This document shows positions 54,979 to 64,000 of a stretch of DNA of 64,000 nucleotides, one piece after another. How positions within the stretch are numbered: the stretch's first letter is position 1; every line of letters begins with the position of its first letter. This DNA is from Octopus vulgaris (lineage: Eukaryota): contig OX597818.1 of NCBI GenBank assembly GCA_951406725.2, positions 5,394,001 through 5,458,000 on the forward strand, in the 5' to 3' direction. The position numbers were made by a program, and so were the translations under genes. The notes under the pieces are model-generated. The model was not told where the DNA came from and did not search any database. It saw only the letters and a list, made by a program, of their open reading frames with translations.

Positions 54979-55477
54979 TAACTTAAAATTGCATGATAGA
55001 TTGCCGTCATTTCATTCTTTCTTTCTTACCTGTCTGTGTTTGCCTTTCAAGTGCTGTGTTTTTACTGAGATCCCCCTTTTAGTAGAAGGAATAGCTATAT
55101 CTCTTTGACTGCTATTTCTAAATTCGGTGTGTTGATGAGGCAATTCGTTGCTAAACCCTTAATTACTTAGTATTACTTAAATTTTCCTCGAATGGGGCTT
55201 TTACATGCCGAAATCTACTTGGTGTAATTGATAATTATCCCTAATTAATTAATTTCACCCTTTATTATTATTACTGATAACCATATTTTATCCCAGTGAA
55301 TGACCGCAGCATTTTGTCTTGGCTACACGCGGGTGGAAGGGGGCTGGTGACACAAACTTTCATTCAAACTTTGAATTTCGTGGTACTGGTCATGCTTTGG
55401 CTCGCTCTGACACTGAGTTGAGATGATGCATTCTAGTATCTCAAAATTTAATATACCATTATTCATAATTGTCGTAT

Positions 55478-55569
55478 CCTGCGCCGATGAGAGAAGAAGT
55501 TTGGGTAAAGTAGAATTTTCTAATTCTTATGCTATCCTAAAACTTGATCTCGAAACGTACGTCCGTAGG
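55478..55569 (+). ncRNA. Type I hammerhead ribozyme, unit 2
   Basis: Identical to 54887-54978; predicted cut after 55563. Confidence 0.88.
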
Positions 55570-55864
55570 TAACTTAAAATTGCATGATAGATTGCCGTCA
55601 TTTCATTCTTTCTTTCTTACCTGTCTGTGTTTGCCTTTCAAGTGCTGTGTTTTTACTGAGATCCCCCTTTTAGTAGAAGGAATAGCTATATCTCTTTGAC
55701 TGCTATTTCTAAATTCGGTGTGTTGATGAGGCAATTCGTTGCTAAACCCTTAATTACTTAGTATTACTTAAATTTTCCTCGAATGGGGCTTTTACATGCC
55801 GAAATCTACTTGGTGTAATTGATAATTATCCCTAATTAATTAATTTCACCCTTTATTATTATTA

Positions 55865-55909
<45 letters not shown>

Positions 55910-56317
55910 CAATACATGAAATAGAAGAATTGCTATGCATTTCAGAACATTATCGAAAGTAAATATTTTAGAATATAAATATATTCATATGGTTTCTGAT
56001 CAAAGGAAAAGAAGCAACTAAATGCTGTAGTAAGGTACGTTAGAGCTACAAAGTGTCCAATTAGATAGACTAGGAAAAAGGTAAATAAAAATTAGCAATG
56101 CACACAAAATTGTCTATTGGAAAATAAACTGAGTGATGAGCAGTGTGAATAAAATCCATTACAAACATTGCGAAAATATTCATTTTTCTTTAGGGTACAC
56201 GTGAACTATTTTCATATATTCTAATTCTTATATTACCGGTAGTTCGATATACTCATCAAAATGTATTGTTATAGACATAAGGGAATCCACAAATAAAAAG
56301 TGAGGTACTTTTGGGAA

Positions 56318-56414
56318 AGTTACCTGAAGAGACGTATCTTCACCTACGATACTTGACAGATGTTTGTACAGAAAACCCTACAATGCATGATGGGTCGAAA
56401 TGATCGTAGTGATT
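56318..56414 (+). ncRNA. Type I hammerhead ribozyme with long stem II insert
   Basis: AGTTAC-CTGAAGA-GACGTATC...GATGGGTC-GAAA-TGATCG-TA-GTGATT. Confidence 0.72.
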
Positions 56415-56539
56415 ATTGAATTTTCTCGCGACTTCCATGCTTCTCCTCTCATATTTTATATATATATATATTTATACATCTCAATATATACATATCTATT
56501 TATCTACCTGTATGTATTGTCTGTGTGTCTGTCTGACGG

Positions 56540-56681
<142 letters not shown>

Positions 56682-58171
56682 GAAGTCAAACACGAATATT
56701 AATAAACAAACGGACGGAAAAACTTACTAAATGCACCGAATGCACAGGCGAACGGAGGGCGAACACAAGTCACCAATTCCTTACCCGTTATCGGCCAAGG
56801 CATGGAGCGCTGTCATTATTGATAATATTGCATCCACCTTTGCACACACTCAGCAAGAAAACTTGCTGGAAATGCGACCAAAACATATTAACACAAGACG
56901 GACAAACAAGAAGGAAGGAGGAACAAAAAGAACGAAATAAATAAACAGAATATGGCCTTAGGGCCACGTAAAAACAACCTAAACAATAGTAATACCTATA
57001 CAGCAAAAACAGCCATGGGCTAGCAGACAGACAGGAGAGAAGTAACACGAAGCAGAATGACTATGCACATGCACAGATATATGTGCATGTGTGTGTGTGT
57101 GTGTAGTAAAAAGGGTGGAAGAGTGAGACAACGTGAAGACGTGCAGCATGTCATGTGTTTCGCATCAAAATCACCACACTTTCACACCCTCTGAAATTGT
57201 GCTTTGGTTTTGCAGTACCACTAACCTAAGGTATCTGGTCAAATAAAGACATGATAGGCTAACAAAGACTGATATGTTGACACATTGGCGTTAACAGAAA
57301 TACGGGCGTTCTCTAAACTGAATCCTAAATAAAATCGTGCTGTACGGAGATTAGAAGAGAAAGTGAAACAAGCCATAAGTTTGCAGATTGTACACCTTTC
57401 GACTTGGTGACTGAATTAAGACCAGATCTGAGAAATAACGCTTATGACATGAGAGTGTACCTTTCAGTCTTCAGGATAAAGCTGAAAAGTTAAACGGTCC
57501 ATTCCCAGAAAAGAATGAGCATCACAAAAATCAGGAAAGGGAAGTATCTGCGTATATGGCAAATGAAAGACGGAATATGTAATATCCGGAAATATATAGA
57601 TATATATGTTAAGTGTCAAACAGACAGAATACAACAAGGAGAAGAAGTTTGACGAAAGGAATGCAAACGAGAAACTAGTTGAAAACTTAACAGATTGGGA
57701 ATATAGACAAAGACACAGTACACGCAATATTCGCAACTGAATTATTCTCGTCAGTGAGTGAGCCAAAACATCGTCATGGTTTCGCGCCAATATCATTGAA
57801 ATCACTCAATCTTGGAGGTACCAGTGGTGTTACTTAGCTACCGGGAAAAAGCTAGCGAATATTTACTAGGAAGAAACAAACGTGATATAAATACTACAGA
57901 GGAAGAATTAAGCATATATAATTGCACGAAACCTCACAGAAGAAATCATAAGAATAATTCTACAAATACTACAAATACAACAGAAAGAGATTTGCACCTA
58001 TCGGTCAAACAGTGGGATTGCGTGGAGTAAAATGGAGTACGTCCTAATGGATGTAGCAAAAGCTCAGACAAACATGACCAGTCTGGTTAAAAGCAGGGCG
58101 AAAAAGAACAAAACTGCCTATATCGGACACCGGTCACATGGTAGGTAAGGGGTAATATAGAGAAAGAGAAA

Positions 58172-58221
<50 letters not shown>

Positions 58222-58416
58222 AATATTAAATTTTTAAATATCTCATAGAGATATGTACCGTGGTGGAGCGATCGAGTGGTTGTATACCGTCAACTTAACG
58301 TGACAGTCCTGTAAGGGAATTACACCACCGCTATTTAGCCATAGGAATCATCAACGCTTCCTGTCGGCCTTGACACATTTCCTGTGTCCTTATAAATTTA
58401 CGAAGGGGAGACATAA

Positions 58417-61362
58417 AACATTTAAGCAGTTAATAATTAAGACCAAATCGCATGTTAATTAGTATCATGAATATACTTTTCAAGTTCGAACAGTTTACTA
58501 AATATACTTAATAAGCATTAAATTATCATTAAAGTTGGACAGTGCCTATCATTAAATATAATAATTTCAAGGATTATTTTGGTCCTCATTTGGGTGCAGC
58601 TATGCTAGGTCCACTAACAAATTAGTACTATGAATAAAGGTTTCATATTCAAACAATTTATTAAATATTCTTAATATGCATTATACTACCCTAAACATTA
58701 GACTACTCATACCATTAAATGTAATAATTTAAAAATTATAAATTACAAATTAACATTTGCAGCGTGGAAGGTGTTTATAAGCCATTTCAAAACACACCGT
58801 TAGGTTCACTTCAACATTTAAATTTAAATTGTCAAAATATTTTCGTCGCTCTGAAACCGGACCTTTTCATTTGATATTATTTTGGTATTGCTTTGATAAC
58901 AAGTTGTGGGTTAGAAAGGTCACCCCTGTTTTTTTTTATATAACCATGGGATCCCCTAACTCAGCGGCAGTAACTGACCTTGTGGGAGTTTGCCTTTTAG
59001 ACAACATCTATAAAGTATTCCTTGAAATTGGGGGAGGCCTATATAGAGACAACGCACTTTTTCTAAATAGAAACATCTCTAATAGACGACTTGAACTACT
59101 TAAGAAACGTTTGTATTAATTCTTGAATAGATTCGACCTTTCCATTACTAGAGAGAATGAAAATTAATCTATCAAATACTTAGACGTTAACTGTGATTTC
59201 AATAGGGGTTTACACCAACCTTATATGAAGCCTAACTCTAACTTAATGTATAAAATCTATCAAAGTAACCATCTACAATCAGTAAAAAGGGCTTTAATAA
59301 GAGTCATTAGCAAAATGATGTTCTTTCTCTTATCTAATGAGGACATATTTAATAGTTATAAGGATAAGTATGTTAAGGTACTTATGGAAGCGGGATATAG
59401 AGGTAGAATTAAGTATATCGAACACGAACATGCAATGAATAGTTATAATAACGAATATGTTAACCGCAACATTATTGCGCATGACCTAAGCGATGTAAAA
59501 ATGCATAGGGGGCTACCGCTAATGACGCTAATAGGATCAGATTTAGTAACAGTATGAGTAACGATAAGAATGACAGTAACACAGTTGACAAAGACTGACT
59601 TAGCTAAGCAATTTTTAATGTTATAAATAAGCATTTTGATAAGAATAATGCGTATTCTAAACTTGTAAAAGGTAGTGCAATAAGGATAGGATATAGTCTT
59701 ACACATAAATTAGCGAGTATTATAAGCTCCCTGAATAATAAAAAAATTAGATATTTTCTACTTCAATAGATACCAAAAATAGCAACGAAGGCAGTATTAG
59801 AAGAAATAAAAACAATACACACAACCCCAACGTTTGTAAAGAAAACACTCAGAGCCAAAATAACCACTTTAATCTCAATACATGTAACTCTACCCCACTA
59901 GGAAGCAATTTCCCCTACAGCAAAATCTATGTGACTGTAGGAATAGCGATAATTGTGCCTTCAGCAATACCTGTAGACTTAAGGACGTAATTTACCAATG
60001 TACATTCACAACACATTTTAATAAAATGAATTTTATAGGAGCTACCCAAAATGGAATAAAATGTAGAGTAGTCACACATCAATATATTTTTAAAATAAAA
60101 CATAATTAACTCGACTGGGTTAAGTAAGTATATTTGGGAATTCAAAGATAGTGATATTAGCTTCACATTAAAATAGGAGGTCCGTGCTACCGCACCTTCG
60201 TATAATGAGAAAATAGAAAATGTTATCTTTGCATTAATGAATATTTTCATTCTAACAGCACGAAACCCTCTAGTGAACCTGAGAGAGGAGAGAAGTGCAG
60301 CTTGCCTGCACAAAGGAAGGTCCACTTTCGATAAATATAAATAGCATTAGAAACACTTATACTACTCCATAATAGTACCAATAACCCCACAGCATATAAA
60401 TAATGGCTTTTGATAGTAAAATGACAATTAATTAAAGGTAGTTTTATTTGTAATTACCTAGGCTATTGCAGGTATTCATTTAAATATTCCCTCCTTTTAC
60501 CCTAATTCTTAGTTTAGTTTTTACCCCCACCCATATCAACTACTTATACCGATTAGTCTCTCCTCCTTAATAATATCATCTAACCCCTTGTAATAATGCC
60601 AGTTATTTCAATCATTAACTTATTTTAGAACGCAGAGAACTTAGGTATTCTGGCCATATAGTTTAATACCCCTAATAACTACTTCAAATCCGAAATTTTA
60701 TTTAAGTTTTAATTTATCTTTTTTGTTTTTTTACCCTCTACCATGGATGTATTTGTTGGCACTTGCTGTAATTTGGACATAATTCTCTACTAAACTTTTG
60801 TTCTTTCTCCACTTATGTTTCTTCTTCCACTTTAAATAGACATTAATAGCCCTACACATTTAGGAATAACATTCCCGATTTATTTCTTTTATCTTATTTT
60901 ATATCTTTATTTTATTTCATTTTATTGTACACAATGTTTACCCTTTTCTACCATATATTGTATGGGTCTGTATGCACTTAGTCTGAAAGTGAAATCCGTT
61001 GACTGAAATAGTATGTCTGCACCCACTTAGAGTCAATATAATTTTTAATTTGTAATTTTTAGATTATTAGATTTAATGATATGAACAGTCGAATTTTTAG
61101 GGTTATGTAATGCATATTAAGAATATTTAGTAAATAGTTTGAATATGAAAACTTAATTCATAGTACTAATTTATTGGTGGACCTAGTATAATTGCATCCA
61201 AATAAGTGCCAATATAGTCTTTTGAATTATTATATTTAATGATAGGAACTATCTAACTTTAATGATAATGTAATGCTTATTAATCATATTTAGTATTGAG
61301 AATTATAGTCATGGTAATAATTAATATGCAATTTGGTCTTAAATATAAATCGCTTAAATGTT
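58417..61362 (+). mobile_element. Old Penelope-like element (RT/GIY-YIG at ~58880-60350) between ~330-bp inverted repeats
   Basis: ITMGSPNSAAVTDLVG, GLYRDN, YLDV, YMKPNS, CDCRNSDNC..VIYQC, STGLSKYIW. 58417-58753 is the inverted homologue of 61045-61362. Confidence 0.85.
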
Positions 61363-61899
61363 AGTGGTTTTATGATTGTGCATTATAGTTTACCTATAAG
61401 ATATAATTTTCTTAGGTACCTGTATACATCTAATTATTACCACAATTTGCTGTATATGATGTTAAGTCCAATATTATTTTTCCGCGGTTTTTTATATAGA
61501 TCTCTAATATCTGTACAAGTTGCCTCCCTTAGTCTAGTCTAGTGCCCGTTTGACCGTTTTTCTGCACTAGCACGTTAATTTCACGGGAAGGCTGTTTCGT
61601 TGATCGGATCAACTGGAAACCGACGGAGTGCCACATATATATATTATATATTACTATCACTATGACGGACTCTCCCGTCAATAGATGACGTATGAATATT
61701 CAGCAATTTCTTCCGAACGGACGTGTTTTCTTATTCTCGTTTTCTTACGTAAATTTTGCTATTTTCGTGTCACACAAACGAGTATAATTATATTTGGGAC
61801 AATTGGAATCCGTTAAAGTGAACCTGCCTGGCGGAGAATATTTATTGAAAAAGATTACACCTTTATGCGGCAAATTTTAAGGTCATAGTGTACTTTATT

Positions 61900-63420
61900 G
61901 GTGTATCTATTTATATTGTTCAAACATGACCTCCAGTCACGAAGAGGGCTACGCTCCCCAAACTGAAATATACGACGCAACCTTCCCTCTACTTCTGCCT
62001 TACGAAAAGTAAGTGGGGAACGTAAAGCATGCGGAGACTTGCTGTCGAAAGCATACAGACAATTTCCAACGCTACCACCCACAACAAGGAATACAACTGT
62101 ATATTTCAAAGAAAAAGTTAGAAAGCCTAACAGTCACGTTTTCGCAGCTGTAGCTAAAGTAGAAGAGCAATTAAATATAAATCTTGAATATTTGGAAACG
62201 TTCAAACATCTGAGGGAGAAAAACATCACTAATGTCTCTTTAACACCCCTAGTATAATCTCACAGCTCACCTCACGACGAACTGTAATTTATAAAACTCT
62301 ATCACTAAAAGTAAAAAAAAAAAACGAAACAATTGACTACATACCAAAGGAACTTATCGAAATGTGTTATCAGCTTATCTGGAATAAAATTAAATACATA
62401 ACTAGAGGCAAAAGATACGGCACCGTGGAATAAGGTTCGACTCGGAAGACGAATCCAAGATACACGCCACAAAGCCCCTAAAAAGGGACGAACTGGTACT
62501 TCTGTCGACATACCTCGGACGGCCAGTATCAAAAATAAAGATTGGAAAGGTATCCCCTGAGATTGAAGTCCTTTGGGTGGCGGCGGCTATCATACTTGAT
62601 AACGAGAAGAACATTGATATACTAAAGATAAATGAACTACACCAACAAAACCGTGTAGACAGGGTCTAGAACTTTTAAGTGAGGCAAATCAGCAGAACCA
62701 TGGAAGCATTCTAGGTATAATACACATACCTGAAGGAGCAAAATTGCACGTAACGGTGGAGTGGCGCAAAACTCAAAGTCCTTAGCTTACTGTGAACAAA
62801 CGGGAAACGCGCCCTCCAGTAAAGAGACTCCACAACAGCATTTACATTAGCACACGCAGGATACTATAAAAGCAACTTGACCGCCACCCAAAGTAGCAGC
62901 GCCTGCAAAGTGTGCAGAGAAAATATCAAGTGTCACAAGTATAGTAACGAAGATCACAACAGAAGCAGCAACAGTAGGATTAGCAGCAGCACCATCCACA
63001 TTGGAAGGAACGCCATCAGCTACTGCAGCAGCTGAGGATACCCGAAAAAGCATCTATAAGAATACTACAGAACCGACAACAGCAGCACGAAAGAGAGAAA
63101 CCAATTCGACAAACAACAACTCACCTAACCTACTCCTTCCAGAGTCTGACCCAGAAACTTCCACAGAATCAAACAACGAGTAGAAGGGAAACTCCGAAAG
63201 GAAAAAAGGCAAAAAGGGATACCAACGCAGCACTTCTTCACAACACAGACACACGACCATCAACTAAAGCACCCACATTACCAACACCACCAATACCACT
63301 GCCAGCACGATACACCATAGAAAATCCACCGTCGAAAACAATAATATATCTCACTGCAATCAACACAAAAGATGAACCGCTAATGAAATACATACATGAA
63401 AATATCAAGATCACATCAAA
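61900..63420 (+). mobile_element. Possible decayed LINE ORF1 (gag-like) region
   Basis: TYLGRPVSKIKIGKVSPEI and VTVEWRK..YCEQTG (degenerate knuckle), followed by an Ala/Thr/Pro-rich tail. Confidence 0.35.
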
Positions 63421-63644
63421 AGATTTCATAATATGATACAAAAATATAATATTTAGAATAGGCTCTACTATAAAATTTAATATGTATTAATATAATTACA
63501 TTTAAGGTCAATCAATATGAAATAACATAAGTTTAAAACATCCTAAAAACGTCAATATAATTACCATAATTTCTCTTTTTCTTACATTAAAACTACGTAT
63601 TTTACAATAGGCATATAACATATCGTAATGCTTATAATATACGC

Positions 63645-63709
<65 letters not shown>

Positions 63710-64000
63710 TTATGAGAGGTAACGGTGTCAGGTAATGCTGAATAAGTGTTATAGATGGACCTCAGTTAAGTTACAGGTTCGGTGATTATGCGAATAAGGG
63801 GTTGAACGTTGGTCATATGTCAGTTTGTGTATATAACATTTTTTATTCTTAATGAGATAAGAAAAACCAAGGCTGTGTATATGTATACCATTCTGCCATA
63901 AGCTATTAGAATATTATATGTCCAACATTCTGCCTAAAAAATTGATCTACAAATGCAATATCCCTACATATCTCACAGCTATTTTCTTTTATTTCCTCCA

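Larger units (their letters stand above)
54392..55870 (+). repeat. 591-bp tandem repeat (about 2.5 units), retrozyme-like
   Basis: CATGATAGATTGCC recurs at 54401, 54992 and 55583. One SNP seen between units. No ORF in the track. (TA)n on both sides. Confidence 0.97.

Noticed and set aside
54392-55870. CRISPR array or LTR-retrotransposon interpretation of the tandem repeat
   Set aside because: No repeat-spacer structure, and no TG..CA ends or coding interior seen.
60962-61025. Possible HHR in the old PLE 3' region (TGGGT/ACCCA, AGTC/GACT, GAAA)
   Set aside because: Core not recognisable; too decayed to call.

Overview
AT-rich, microsatellite-dense eukaryotic DNA with no recognisable host gene. 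The SINE families and the 5S sequence suggest a mollusc, probably an octopus-type cephalopod (inference). The window is mostly decayed transposons: R4/Dong-type RLE LINEs in (TAA)n, RTE LINEs, mariner/Tc1, possible hAT and MULE relics, tRNA-SINEs and one orphan 5S rRNA. The notable signal is a set of Penelope-like elements (PLEs) and type I hammerhead ribozymes (HHRs). (1) A young 4.5-kb near-perfect palindrome of two head-to-head, 5'-truncated PLE RT/GIY-YIG ORFs, with an HHR in each arm. (2) A non-coding 591-bp tandem array (about 2.5 units) with a well-formed HHR in each full unit, a retrozyme-like candidate that could release a 591-nt (circular) RNA. (3) A 344-nt HHR monomer with an inverted head. 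(4) Several more HHRs in otherwise dissimilar sequence, including core variants (C4, U3-A8), mostly in or beside (TA)n tracts. All RNA folds were derived by eye and activity is untested.
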